Shown here: positions 11,531-25,685 of the stretch, piece by piece
Numbering within the stretch: the stretch's first letter is position 1
Layout: every line of letters starts with the position of its first letter
From: Perna viridis
Taxonomy: Eukaryota
Reading direction: 5' to 3'
Assembly: GCA_037379345.1 (NCBI GenBank)
Contig: CM074511.1
Location: 39,562,862-39,626,861 of the forward strand
Length of the DNA: 64,000 nucleotides
Notes under the pieces: generated by a model
What the model saw: the letters and a program-made list of their open reading frames with translations, nothing else
Told to the model about the DNA's origin: nothing
Database searches by the model: none
Made by a program: the position numbers and the translations under genes

Positions 11531-14523
11531 GAATGAGCATTTTTCATGAAAAGAAAGGCCCGAGGAATGTAAACTGAATCATTATTTAATTTATTTATTT
11601 TGGCTACCCGAGTAATCTATAAAAATCGTTTTTGTTTTAGGTTTTTCCTGTCCTTGTATTTTTTCATGAGAAACAGCGATCAAGTGATATAATTGTTTTC
11701 TTAATCATATATATAGCCAATGACTGGAGCACCGCTATTCTATTATAATTACCTTTGTGAGCACGGTTTGTTGATAAAAAAAATAGTGAGTGGTAATCAC
11801 CCCAAACCTGATCGAGTAGTCATTCAAGAAAAATTGACAACCGAAAAAATCATGTATATTATTGTCATGTGATGTAATGTTTCATGTTCAAGGAAGACTA
11901 TGTTTCATTCTGGATAACTTGTGCCTGGTCGGTCCTAGTGTCGATATTTTGACAATAAATTATATTTAGGCAAAATAGACATATTCATGAACTTTTGTCT
12001 GAAACGTTGTTGGGCTTCCAAGAATATCAGAGTCGACGTCAACTTTATCTTTTGTAGATGGTAAGAGCATTTTAGGCTTTAGGAATTTTTTTTAACTTTA
12101 AATCCATAAAAACGCTTTCCTGTGTGAAAATCTCCCTTGCTCTTCACTGTCTGGCTTGCTATTTTACCCCAAAAATCTTAACCGAAAATGGAGAAAAGTC
12201 TAAATTATGAGTTTTCCCTTAAGTTGGAATACCGTGTTTTGCATCAGTTTGACCACTTTTTTCGACTGCAAACAAGGAAGACAACGCAACAATTTATTTT
12301 TATCGTTTGATTGGGCTTTCTTGTTTCTATTTAAATGGTAGTAAGGGATTTCACCGCTTTTAACTATATGTATATAAGTTTAAATAATAATCTTTCTGTA
12401 GAATAAAAAACCTAAAACGAGCAATGTAGCAATGTCCATTGTTTATGTTCTTTGCTTTAGATGTATTGGAAAGGACATGTTTAAGGTCGCTCTGAATAGC
12501 CCCAACAACTAAAGTAATAACATCCATAGCTACAGAACGATGTAAATCCTTCAAAAACAAACTAAAAAGTAATGTAATAACACAAAGACACATTAATGAC
12601 ACTCATAGCCTGACTACAGGCAGGTGAAAAAAAAAGCGGAAAAAGCGACAGCGGGGTTAACTATTTTCTTTTTCAATGTCTTAACCATTCCGCTTTAACG
12701 CTTATAAGGAATTAACTTAACTACAAACAAATACACACTAGCATTCACCCAATGATACATTCAATTCCATTCACGGAATACTTCCACAACAAACACCATA
12801 TAAACAAATGAGTTATTTATCAAAATAATGGTTTTAGATATTTAAAGATACCTCAAAACACTTTACATAGTGACTAAACCACCAAAACTGCCAGCATCAC
12901 AAATAATTGATCACTACAACCAAAGTGCATTTGATTTGTAGTCGCAATGTCAAGCCAATGTTTAATGTAGTGTAACACCCAATAATGACTTATAGTTTAA
13001 CGTAGAGAAGTGTAATAATGAGTCAATTATCGCTATTAGCGAAAACAAGGTTCAAGTGAAAAAGAATGATCAATTTGAAAAACCGTACCCTTTACGAATA
13101 AATCAATCAAGCAAAATTGATAAATCCATCGGATTTACTTTATATACTATTTCCGCAAGAAACACAAAAAAAATCAATTAATAACCTGCAATTGCTATTA
13201 TTATATTTTTGCATCAACGTGTTTTATCGACGAAAAAATAGCAATGGTTATTTTGTGTTGGTATTTTGTGAAACTGTAGGCAGAGAGGAAAAAGTTCTTT
13301 ATATAAAAAAAAAAATAAAATGGGAATTTTTTAAAAGAAGCCGATATAAATGAAAATTTCATGATGGCATCTAATGGCAGCATCATCCTTAAACCAAGAC
13401 TCATCATCATAAACATGATCATCTCAACTACTACAAATGATAATGAAGAGTAATTCTTAACAAGAAATCGATTTAATTATCAACAAAAACAACATTGTTT
13501 TATAAAGAATATGGCATTCCAATAAGCGAACCTACATTCAAACACAAACTTCGGTCGAATTGGAAAGAAAACACTAATAATTGGGATGTTGACTTAATTG
13601 AAAAAAATAAAAATAAAATATTGTTATGGTGTACAAAACAAGGTAAAGTGAAAACAGTCTTTAGTCGTACATCCAAATTAATTCAGATTTAGAGAAAAAA
13701 ACTGCCCAGACGGAAAAGGAGCGTTATGAAGAAACTAAAAGGGAAACTGGACAATTTTGTTGGTCAGAATCTATTTATTCATTTTCAACCACAACGGGAC
13801 AAATCTATTTCTTTCCATTTATGCTGTACGAAGTATGTGGACTGGGGTCAGAAAAAATATTTATTTTCTAGAGGATGCAGGCAAGAATATTCATTTTCAA
13901 TTTTTGTCAGAACAAGAATATTTATTTCCATAAACTTTAAGCCCCAAGTTATTATCAAATAGTCGTCCCGTACGGTATATGCAGATGATGCAATGATAGG
14001 TTATGACAACAACAAAATAGGTTACTTTCTAATTTAACTATATGCGTTAAAGAATGAACTCGAAATACACCCCCCCCCCAAAAAAAAAAGTTTTCAATGC
14101 ATATTATAAATATGTGATATATTGAGACATTAGGTAAATGAAACTTATATTCACCATGTGGACAAGGAAAGTTTCTTAATTCAGGAATTCGAATTTACAT
14201 TGAACAAGAGCATTAAATTAACACGTTAATAAAAGTCACGGAGACAGCATTGCATAACATGCAAATTCTCTTTGATTACACGAGACGAACAAAAATGCTT
14301 TTTTGTAGAATATAAACAAAAAAGACCTAAAATATCGACTGAATGTGGCATTATTTATGGAGAGGCTAACATAAAATAGGACAAAATCAAGAAATATCGT
14401 CTAAAAGGAACACAAATCAGTCGGCAACTGCATATCGGAGCTTTTAATATTTAGATTTCCAAATTCAAGGGTGTTGAGTCTCCTGCTTTCGGAGGGAGCC
14501 CCCCTATGTTTCCTAAAAAATCT

Positions 14524-14826
14524 ACAATCCCCCGCTTACGAGCCATGTCTCTGACACCGGAAGATATAGCCGCACTCCGAATTTTCTCCCCATTTTGTAA
14601 CCACGTGACTCGTATATTGTCGAATTATAATGGGAGTAACTGAGAAAAACAAGGTATTCATTAACAATTTAATAAAAAATCAACAATCTCCCGCTTACGA
14701 GCCATGTCTTTGACAGGGGAAGATTTAGCCGCACTCCGAATTTTCTCCCCATTTTGTAACCACGTGACTCGTATATTGTCGAATTATAATGGAGTAACTC
14801 AGAAAAACAAGGTATTCATTAACAAT
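14524..14826. repeat. Local direct duplication of ~145 bp (14524-14668 / 14682-14826)
   Basis: ACAATC..CCGCTTACGAGCCATGTC...GGTATTCATTAACAAT occurs twice. Confidence 0.95.
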
Positions 14827-15564
14827 CTGCTGCACATAAGTTATATTTGATGTTTCATCTGCCACATTCAGTGTTAAACCTCACCCCTTTATGAAAATTA
14901 GTACAGTACACCGGATATAGCTTCACAGATGCCCTGTGAATTTTTCACATCCTGTATAGTAGAACCTATAAGCTAACAGAGTGATACATGATTTACAAGA
15001 AATTGGTTATAGGTCTGTGGAGGAGATTGAGTCATTGGATTAAAAACATTGGTGTAACCTAAACCAACAGTTAAAGTTCATCATTTGTTTATAGGAAGAT
15101 GATGAAATCTTGTTTCATATATATATTGTTTAAGGAAAATAAAGCTGATTACTGTCGTAATCATATTGCACATACTTTTAGACAATGGTATCCAGGCTTC
15201 TATCAACGACTGGTTACGATTTAAAAAATGAATTTATATTTGATCGTAACCGGTCATTGATAAAATCATGTGTCTGTATACTAGTAATTGTCTATCGAAT
15301 GTGCATCTTCTGCATTTGCATTAACGTATAGAAAACAAATTGATTCTTCCAGCCTTATTCTTAGCGATGTTGAATGTTGTTTTGTTTATGGTACCACTAT
15401 ATCAAACAACTGAATAATTGTTGCAAGTGAATTAGCTTACTTACATGTTTGTCAAGATACCACACCAAGCAAAAACAAAAATTAAAGTAAAGTAGATAAT
15501 CAACGTTTGGATTTAGTAATAGAAATATCATTGATTTAATGGGAACAACGTAAATGGCCGAACT

Positions 15565-15798
15565 TTGAGCAACTCGGCGGGTGTTTCTAGAAAAGCAGAG
15601 GAGGTTACCGGTGCACCTGGTCCATGTTTCCAGTTTTTAGTGGAGTCCGAGTTGCTCATTTGCTTTTGTTACTTTGTATATATGATTTTAGTTACTCTAT
15701 GTTCTTTGTTGTGTATGTCTGTTTTCCATGTCTGGTCTTCGTCCCTGGATTACATTCTTTTGATTACAGCTATGACCTTGGTTCCCCTGATTACTCTT
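15565..15798 (+). mobile_element. 3' tail fragment of the Penelope-like (Naiad-type) family, inserted into duplicate copy B
   Basis: GCGGGTGTTTCTAGAAAAGCAGAGG...GTGGAGTCCGAGTTGCTCATTT...TTGGTTCCCCTGATTACTCT matches 130-340(-), 20213-20360 and 48604-48790(-). Absent at the paralogous position 10390. Confidence 0.7.
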
Positions 15799-16549
15799 AG
15801 CCAATAATTCAGCGTAAAATGTTATTTCGGTTGCTTGAAATCTATCTTTCCATACACGATCCAGCTAATATTCAATCGAAACAAATCGAAGGTAAATGTA
15901 CAACAAAAGTATTTGTTTATAAAAAAAATAGGGAGGTACATGTAAAGATGACACGGAAATTACTTGTTATTGTTCAATATTGTATACATTACTTTTATAA
16001 CTTTTAAATGACTAATATCATGTCTTGTGACCTTATGTCGTCATGGTAAATATGATTACATACGTCATTTCCTGTCAACAGTTAATTCACAAAAATCTTG
16101 TCATCTATGATCTAGGGTACGCTAGAAAAATAAATTCTTTTATTTAATTGATTCATTGTAACTTAAATTCGTGTATTGAAAATAACTATTTTATAATATC
16201 TACTCAAAACCTCTTGGTAAAAGTGAAGTGGTTTGAACGAAAGTCGAAAAACAGTCAACGGCTGTCATTATCCCTTGAGATGAGAGTTGCAGCATTTTTT
16301 TCAAATTGCCTATTTGCATGACTGTTATGTCAATCTGTATAAGTTTGTTCAAATACTTAAATCAAGTTCTTATTTACGACTTGATGTGATAAAATATAAA
16401 ATGGAATTGGGTTGTTCATCAAGAATAGTTCCTCTATCTTTGAAGTCGTTATTAAATTTAAGTTGGTATTTTCTTTTCGTTATCTTTTGTCAAGACTGTT
16501 TTGGTTTTGTTTGTTTCATCATTGTTAAAATTACAGAAATAATCATTTC

Positions 16550-17040
16550 TTTATAAAATGTCGAAAGGGCAAAGTCCAGATTATCATGTAGATTTATTAC
16601 CACACGTATTTTAGGGACTACTAAAGTAATCGGAACAACTTTACCATTCCTAAGACTAGACTGTCTATTTCTCAACATTTTTGTACCAGCAAATCTGAAG
16701 TTTTTGAACAATTTGGATACGTCACTGAGAGAGCCCCCTTCTTTCGAAGTATTTTGATTTGATTTTTAAGTTAAATATCAACGAGGAAACAATTCCCACT
16801 ACAAAGTGGGGGACCGGTTGCAAAATATAATACACACTAGAATAAGAATTAAGTGTAGTGCCCTTAGAATAACCTCTTCCACAAAACCGACCGCTTTAAT
16901 TCAGAACTTGCAAGACCTGAACATTCCAATTCGTATCGATATTATTCAATTAGGGGATATAAGTAAAAATTATGAAAATAATTGTACAAGTTTTAAGTGT
17001 GTTTAAAAACTTGTCAATGACTCTGAACGCTGTGTAATCT
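16550..17040 (+). mobile_element. CR1/L2-like LINE 3' remnant (copy 2, less deleted)
   Basis: Fragments NRNNFTIPKTRL and GDRLQNIIHTRIRIKCSAL are typical of the CR1/L2 ORF2 C-terminus. Confidence 0.6.
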
Positions 17041-19780
17041 TGGGGAAGTGAGTATTTTTTTCATATAAAGGAACGCCCCAGGAAAGTAAACTGAAGAATT
17101 ATTTTATATTTGTTTAGCTATCCGGGTACTCTATAAAAATCGTTGTTGTTTGGGTTTTCCCCATCCTTGTCTTTTTCATTAGAAAAAGCGATCGAGTCAT
17201 ATAATTGTTTTCTTTATCATATATTTAGCCACTGATTGGAGCACCGCTATTCTGTTATAATTACCTTTGTAATCATCCCAAAGCTGTCCAATATTTTTAA
17301 CCTTAGACAACGATAGAATAACAGTGTTTTGGTAATACCTTCTGAATTACCTGGACAAATGCGTACCCAGAGATTATTACAAGAGGGGCCCCTGACAGGC
17401 TTAAGAAATAGACAGACTCTATCATCGCTCAATGGTTTCCTATATAATCAATTAAATTTTTCAGTCCAAAAGGGGCCCAGGCCCCCTAAGCCCTTTACAT
17501 GTTTCCTCTACTAGCCGATTTTACCATGAATAACAAAATTACATACATGCTATTTATTTAGAAAAACCAAACTGGCACTGGTCTTATTATGGTAACCGTT
17601 TCTATCTAAAACCAAACATCATAGTCCAGCATTATCTAACATCAGAGATATAATCCGGGCGTGGCGAGCGAGTACTCGAATAGTCATTCAAAACAGAACT
17701 GGCGTGTTATGTAAAAAACATGTTTAAGGGAGAATATGTTTTAAGCTGGATAACTTGTGCCTGATCCTAGTGTAGTTGTTTTTACAAAAAAATTACATTT
17801 AAGCCTAATTTGTTGTTGTTGTTTCTTCATTTGTTTTGCAAATCGACTTTTATCGCATACCTTGGATCATGGTCCAAGTAATTGATGAAGTTCGTGTTGG
17901 TTTATTGATGCATGTATTACTGTGGCACTAACTTACATTTGCTCTTATATTGATGGCATGATTTGTATATAAACATGTTTATCAAAGCCATGTCTGAATT
18001 CATGATTTTATGGTAAAACGAAATCTTATAAATATCTCCAATATTTAATGTTGTTTTGTGGACACAATTTTGATGTATGGCCCTATCATTTTTACGGCAT
18101 TCGTGTCACCTCAAATACATTTTCGTGTAACAAGTAAACAAGCATTGCATACAATCTTATATCTCTAGATATCAAATAATTCATATTCATGAAAGCAATT
18201 TTAAGTTTGTGGTCTTAATTTTTCTTCTTTGCAATAACCTATCCTCTATTTAATCATTCTAGACTATAGACTCTATTTTAGATTGGAAAATCCGGAATTG
18301 TTTGGTAATTACATAGCCTTACTGGAAAAAAAATGGTGCCAGAATAAACGTGGTTATAAACTTTTATCTGAAACGTTGTTGGCGTTCCAAGAAGATTACA
18401 ATCTACGCCAACTTTGTTGTTTTTGTTTCGCAAGACAAGGAGGACAACGCACCAACTTATTTTATCGCTTGATCCGGGTTTATCGCTTAACATTTAACAT
18501 ATTCTAATGAATTTTACTTGGGTATTTAACTATTTTAAGTATATGTAGATAAGCTTAACTGTTAATGTTATATTGTGGAAAAAAACCTAAAACGAGCAAT
18601 GTGCATTTTCTAATGTTTTTTTCCTCTAGATACAATGGAATGGAAAAAAATAGTTTCACAGAACTTTGTATTGAACCACCAGTTTTATTATTTTGACGGG
18701 TAGTTGTTAATTGAAAACTCATTTTAAACGACAATGAAGACAACCCAAAAACTTTAGGGATGAACATGAAATAAACATAATTACATATTTCCCTAAAGTA
18801 AAATTAATCCGGAAAATACTTCATAATTGACGTATGAATTTCCGAATGGTGTCCTTAAAATTGACTTCAAAAGTATGTACATTGACAAATTAATGGCAGC
18901 ATAATCAATACTCAAACTGAGGCTCTTATCATCATTGTGATGATGATGATCATCATCATCATGATCTCTACTACAAAGGAAAATTATGAAGAGTTATTCT
19001 TAACAAAAATCAATGCAGTTATCAACAAAAACAACATTGTTTTATAAAATAATTGCTTCATTCATTGGAATAAGCGAACCTAAAATCAGACGCAACATTT
19101 GGTCGAATTGGAAAGAAAAACCCTAATGCTCACCTAATTGATAAAAGGGAAAAAAATAAAATATTGACGTACACTGAAAACAGTCTTTAGTGTGTACACC
19201 AGATTTAAAGAAAAAATGCCAAGAGGGAAAAGGGGCAATGGGAAGAAACTGATGGGCGACCATTTGATTCTGACGGGGCCTGGCAAATTTTGTGGAGTTA
19301 GAATATTTATTTATTTTAAACTACAACGGGACAAAATTATTTATTTCATTTAACGGAAGAGATGTGTGGACTGAGGTCAGAAAATTTATTTATTTTCTAG
19401 GAGGTGTGGGTCAGAATATTCATTATCAACTATTTCTGGACCACAAAGTATCAAATGGTCGACCTCGTACGTTACATGCAGATGATGAAACGATAGGAGT
19501 AAGACAAAAAAATTGTTACTTTTTACTTTAACTATATGCGAAAAAGAATGAATTTCGAAATACACCAAAAAGATAGAGTCAATAAATATAATAAATATGT
19601 GATATATCAAGACAATTGATAAATGACACTTATATTGGAGAAGAACATTTTCTTAATTCAAGATTTCGAAATTACAGTGAACAATATTAAATGTAACACA
19701 TTCATATAAGTTACGTAGACAGCATTGCTTATATCATAATCAATTACTAGTTAGAAAAGCATAACATGCAAATCTCAATG

Positions 19781-19957
19781 NNNNNNNNNNNNNNNNNNNN
19801 NNNNNNNNNNNNNNNNNNNNNNNNNNNNNNNNNNNNNNNNNNNNNNNNNNNNNNNNNNNNNNNNNNNNNNNNNNNNNNNNNNNNNNNNNNNNNNNNNNNN
19901 NNNNNNNNNNNNNNNNNNNNNNNNNNNNNNNNNNNNNNNNNNNNNNNNNNNNNNNNN
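19781..19957. other. Assembly gap (177 N)
   Basis: Run of N. Confidence 1.
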
Positions 19958-20212
19958 TAAGACCTAAAGAATTGACTGAATGTGGCATTATCTACGGAAT
20001 CGCTAACATAAAACATGACAAAGTCAAGAAACATCTTCAACGAGGAACACACTTTTGTTACCATGTGACACGTGTATAGACGTATATAAGAGTAACTCCT
20101 GCACAGATGTTATATTCGCTGTTTCAAAGCTTTATACCTCTGCCACATTCAGTGTTAAACCCCAACCCTTTATGAAAATAAGCACTGTACACCGAATATA
20201 GCTTCACAGACG

Positions 20213-20360
20213 CCCGAGTTGCTCATTTACTTTTGTTACTTTGTATGTATTATTTCAATTACTTTCTTTGTTGTGTTTGTCTGTTTTCCATGTCTGGACT
20301 TTGTCCATGGATTACATCCTTTTGATTTCCGCTAGAATCCTGGTTCCCTTGATTATTCTG
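20213..20360 (+). mobile_element. Short 3' tail fragment of the Penelope-like (Naiad-type) family
   Basis: CCGAGTTGCTCATTTACTTTTGTTAC...TGGTTCCCTTGATTATTCT matches 15647-15798. Confidence 0.7.
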
Positions 20361-23300
20361 TACATGTATTAACGTATAGCGGATAGGAAACAAATTGATT
20401 CTTCCGTCCTTATTCTTAAATATCGTTTTGTTTTATTATACCACCATATCAAACAATTGAATTATTCAAAACAAATGTCACGTGTTTCCTCTTGTCTGCC
20501 ATACCATGTCAAATGTTTGGCTTTATAAAAGCCTTATACATAACTGATTCTTCTCTTTAAATATTAAGTACTTCTCACTAAATCACATGTAAAACTTACA
20601 TATGTTGTGCACAAGTTGTAATTTTGTAATTACGACCATAAAACAAATAAATCATTCAATGCTAGAATACTTTATTAGCTCCAAACTGTAATCGTGTATT
20701 TCCGTATTCATATGTTGAAATGTTTTAATGCTATCACTTATATATTATAAAGATTCGTTATTATATGTTAGGATTGTTTAACCAACACAAGCAGACATGA
20801 CACAAAGTTTGAAGCTATCTGACGAAGTGTATTGCAGACTAAACGAGATAATTAATGTCCATCTAAGTATCATGCAGATGGTAATTTCTAGTATACATTG
20901 TTTAGAATACTTCAGGTATACAAATTGTTTCATAAAACTCTGTCTTGTATCTCTTCTATTAATTACTATTAAAGGGAAAACTCTGAATTCGCCAATTATC
21001 ACGGTCCATTAGAGCTGTTGCTCAAATACCTTTTTACTGGAAGGCTTCACATGAAAAGTTATTGGTCCATTCAATAAGTGAGATTCCTATAAGTACCTTA
21101 CTTGGAAAATAAGAAAATGTGACCTTTTTCGAATAAATCGCTCATATTCCAATCTCGCATGATTCTAAAGTGAACAGCGACTTAAGTACTTCTCTGTCTA
21201 AGAATCATACAAAATGTGTATCAGGAGTGGTACATGAAAACAAACTGCAGAGATTATATTGCATTATGCAAGTGTTTATACCTCATAACCTCCAGAAAGA
21301 ACAATCAATTTGTCTCTTTAAAATATTTTTACGTGTAAAATTAATCGTAAGTTATGACCTCATAGTAAATCAAAGTATTGTGACGTCATAACTTACGACA
21401 AATTTTTACACTTACGATTTTTTGTGACAAGGACCACTGGAACTCTCACATTTTAAGAGTATTTCACGTCGAGGATTGTCTAATGATATAATTAAAACGA
21501 TTATATATCCACTTATCTCGATTTTAAACGAGACCATTAGAAAACAGGTAGCTTCTTTTAGAAATAATAATAAAAATATAAATATTGCGTTATTGGCCAA
21601 GAAAATACCAGTAGATACCAGGAGGTGGACAAATATTCCATAAAATGAACAAATTAGTAATCTCTGTCATATGAATTATAGAGGGGATGAGTATCATTAT
21701 TTTTGTATGACAATGATTAAATAAAATCGCTTAGAGAAATTCAAATATTTAGACCACAGTCATGGTAGAAAAAGTGATAAACACATGACCAACAATTCGT
21801 GCAACATATGGGCTGTCTATTAAAATACATGAAGAAACTGCTCCTATTAGAATCGAAATAAATCACGTCATTTTATCAAATGGAGTTACCGTGATTTATT
21901 TCTCAAATACATATCTAATCTTTATATGGAACTCCAAATTTTATAAAATGTTTGTGTAACATTACAGTATTAACACATTCACACGTGTTTCTTAAACAAA
22001 TTGAAGATAGTTTTCATGGAATGTGTATATTGTTATCATTTGTTTGATCATGTTGTTTTTGTTGCTTTGCTTTGTTTATTTATATTAAGTCTGAGAACCT
22101 CTTGCAACACGTAAAGTGCCGAAGTTGCAATAAACTTGCAATTAAGAAAAAAATATCATTAGTGTATTCTAACATACTGCAGCAGATTCTGGTACTTAAA
22201 GAATTCTTTTTAAAACACGTCTATCATATTACGTAATATTCAAGATTAAATTTATTTTTAGAATGGTGAAACTACATTGTTTTACAACTTTCAGGAAGTT
22301 AGGTGTTGTTATTACTGTTAAACTGTTCACTTTACATAGTTAACTACTATTGGTAGATATTTATATAGGTCGAACTAAGACAGATTTTCAACGACTTTTT
22401 AAAAAGACAAATGAAATGTCCCGGTAACTGCGTCACTCCGTTATCCTTGTCAGTGGTAAATTTTAAAAAGTGGTCGTTACAAGGTCATTTTCGAATAAAA
22501 TTTGTAGAAATGATTTTGATGGTTGGAAGAAGTTCAATTAAACAAATCTTGCTCAAACAATATTTTGATCGGAAGTTAAGTACGTTCATCAAACAACCAG
22601 ATTTACCGCTTTTGGGTGTTTCGACCGCACGGCGACTGTTGTTTCAGTACATTAAAGGGGGATGCTTTAAGCCTTATCAAAACTAGTTTAACCCCACCCA
22701 CCGCAAATTCATATCCACAGTCAGAAAATGTTAGTCATGAATGTGTCTTTGTGTCATTATTATATATTACTGTTGAGTTTGTTTTTGAAGAATTGTCATC
22801 TAGGATTTTATTACTTTGTTGTGTGGGCCTTCCAGAACTTAAAGGTGTGTTCACACTTATTGAAAATAATTTTGTGATCTCTGAAAGTATTTACTATTTT
22901 GTATTATAGATTATACACTGGGCCCAGTGGTGCATTTGCAGTGGTAGATCCATGGGAGTGTGCAAGGGTTGGCATACCCCCCTTTTTATTTGAAAATTTG
23001 TCATTTTCATGTGTAAAATTGACAAAATATGGCAGATACTGTCCTAGCATCCCCCTGGTCTGAGAAACCCTGGCTTGCACCCTAGCTCCGTTTTAAAGTT
23101 ATTTGGTACGTTTTTTTCTACTGATTCGTCATAGCTTCCTTATTTTCACAGATGGTGTACTTTAAGATGTAGGAACTACTTACCCTTCCGAAGCAACTAT
23201 TGACTTTTCTTTCTTTCCTACACGCTTTCCTACTTTTTAAATTCTTTGCAATAGCAGACAAAAGGCATTTTTACTGACAGAAACATTATGGAGTCCAAAG

Positions 23301-25279
23301 TAAGGGTACTTTCTAATATTAAATTGAAAAGACCGATGATACGCCCCTTCAAAATCAATAGACTGTTTTGTCTTTTGTTTTTCGTCAACTCTGTTACTAT
23401 ATAGGGTTAATATACGTAGTATATCATCTTTAAATGGTTTCAACCATGTAATACGTACTTTAAGAGGGCATTCGACTAGTCAAACATTTATAACAACTTG
23501 AATACCCGATCTTCTAAAAATAAAGTAATAAAACTTCTAATCTTTGGTCTTTTTTTAATTATGACTGCTTATCAGCATCAAAGAAAAACTTACTTTTGAT
23601 TAAAAGGCGTGGTTGTACACCAATGAAGACGTTGTCTTTTTATCTACTCCGACGACAAGACGGTTTTGCCTGAGGGTTTGTTTTGCGTCCAAAATTAAAC
23701 AAAAACATTTCAAAAATTTGTTCTACATAAACGGATTCCTCATTTAATTTCAGTTTTTCCATGTATTTTTGTTTTTGTTTTTATTTCGTTTCCAGTATTT
23801 TTATAGTTATGTTATAGATCTGCCTTGCTTTGTTCACATGGGCTTGCTCCCACTATCAAATATGCAGCCCCAGTAACCACGAAAAGGCTGACACTACCGG
23901 TTTCACTAATTAGCGACAAGAACTGTTAAGAAGCGTCTAGAAGTGACATTAACCATAAAGGGGTCTAGAAAAAAATATATATATATACATTCAACTTCGT
24001 CCTCTTACAGGTTACACCTGTTTCATATTATTTTACGAAATTTTAATCTGAGTAATATATGTAGAGTTCGTTATAATTACCTGGAAATATTATTTTCAAA
24101 GAATATATTGAACTACAACATCCTAATTGGAGCACAAGCTTAAACACGATTTCAAATGAAATGGTTAACAAGGATGTCTCAATAAATAAAAACGTATATC
24201 AAGTGTCAGTTTCTGTAAGAAACAGGTAGTGGATGAAACATGGTATAAAAACCACCATTTTGAAAGTTTAATTTGACTTATTGCACCATAGGAATTAAAG
24301 AGAGAAGACAAGATTTTCTATGTCACTCTGGTAAACTGAGTTATAATTTCGTTGAAACGCACTAAAAATGTACATTTCAAGGGTAGATAACTCTGTAAAA
24401 ACTTCATTTTTCTTATATTCTGTTGGAAAATTTCTGAACAAATCCAGTGATGCAGAGATCAAATAATGGTCATTTCAAATAGAGAACGCATTCTTTAGTT
24501 AAATTATATGGTCAGGTCGGTGGGTTTTTGACATGCATATGTACATGTTTTGACATGTATATTGGGGCAACTATTTTGCTGTACCTGTATAGTGTTGTTT
24601 TAGGCCAGCTGCAGCCATCCCAGTGGTATGATGGTTTCTTCGTCGTTCATTGAAGGACACATTTGTTGCCTTGAGCTGACCTTCTTCCTCCAGGTGGGGT
24701 TGACTCTTTGACATATTCACCATATTTATTCTCCTCATGTGTCTCTGATTTTTCCGATTTTGCCTGATTCTTACAAAACCTTGCACTTAAAAGACAATAT
24801 AAAAAAAATACATAACGTATAGTGATTTATGTATTATATATTAATGTACACCTGATAAATGTTATTGTGAAACTTTGTTCCAAGCCTTTTGGGGCGGGTA
24901 TCCTGCAGCAGGGCAGGTGTCAAATCGCTATCTAAAATAATCTACGGATTTTAAACACTTCTATACATACCTATAATAATAAGGTAATACACGGATTCAC
25001 TTTGCTTGTATTTTTAAGAGGTAATAACTTATATAAAAGTTGAATCTAATACAGATGTTTAGACTCTGAGCTAAACTACCAACATGACCATACATGCCCA
25101 GTAGTTATACTTTAATATCATGGATTCTTTCTGTAGTTTGTTGGTTGTTTTTCTCTGTCTTAATCCTTTGATTTATTTATATTGTATATGCATGCTTTTT
25201 CCTTCAGGAGTTCTTGGCCTTGAATAATATTTGGTTCATTAATCAGTTTAACTGAATCGAAAGCACGTCAAGGCTTTCG

Positions 25280-25685
25280 GGCTAGAGACGTAAGAAACTT
25301 GAACAATAAAAATTTGCCCATCGTTTGTTTTATTTTTTGTTCCGATAATAAAAAAAATCAAAATTTCGCTCTTTTAAAAAAAAATATAAGGTAAAACGAA
25401 GGCGACCAACGTCTCTTTCATCGTGTATAGAAACTGTGATAAAACTAAACATGAAGTTGCACGCGTTTTCGTGCTGGGTATATGCTCAATCGTACAAGAA
25501 GATGATATTGGACAGCAGCCAGTATCGCTTACAATACATGCCCAAATCTATATAAAGTCATATACCAAATTTGAAACCAATCTGTCAAGTGGCAGCAGAG
25601 GTTTTCGTGACGAATATCTTAATGGACGGAATTACGAACGGACGGAAATATATCACCCATTCGTTGAGTGAGGGTATCATAATTA
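25280..25685 (+). mobile_element. Pearl/HINE-like non-autonomous element remnant
   Basis: TATACCAAATTTG core, then a GACGG/ACGAACGGACGG microsatellite-like tract and a short terminal stem, as in bivalve pearl/Helentron-associated elements. Left boundary uncertain. Confidence 0.35.

Larger units (their letters stand above)
10255..20465. repeat. Older diverged ~5.1-kb tandem segmental duplication (~10255-15420 vs ~15430-20465)
   Basis: Collinear anchors: 10401/15808, 10990/16275, 11725/17235, 11910/17747, 11990/18360, 12272/18436, 12405/18580, 13479/19021, 14322/19959, 14917/20198, 15321/20368, 15393/20440. Confidence 0.9.

Noticed and set aside
19740-20064. ORFs spanning poly-X
   Set aside because: Artefacts of the N gap.
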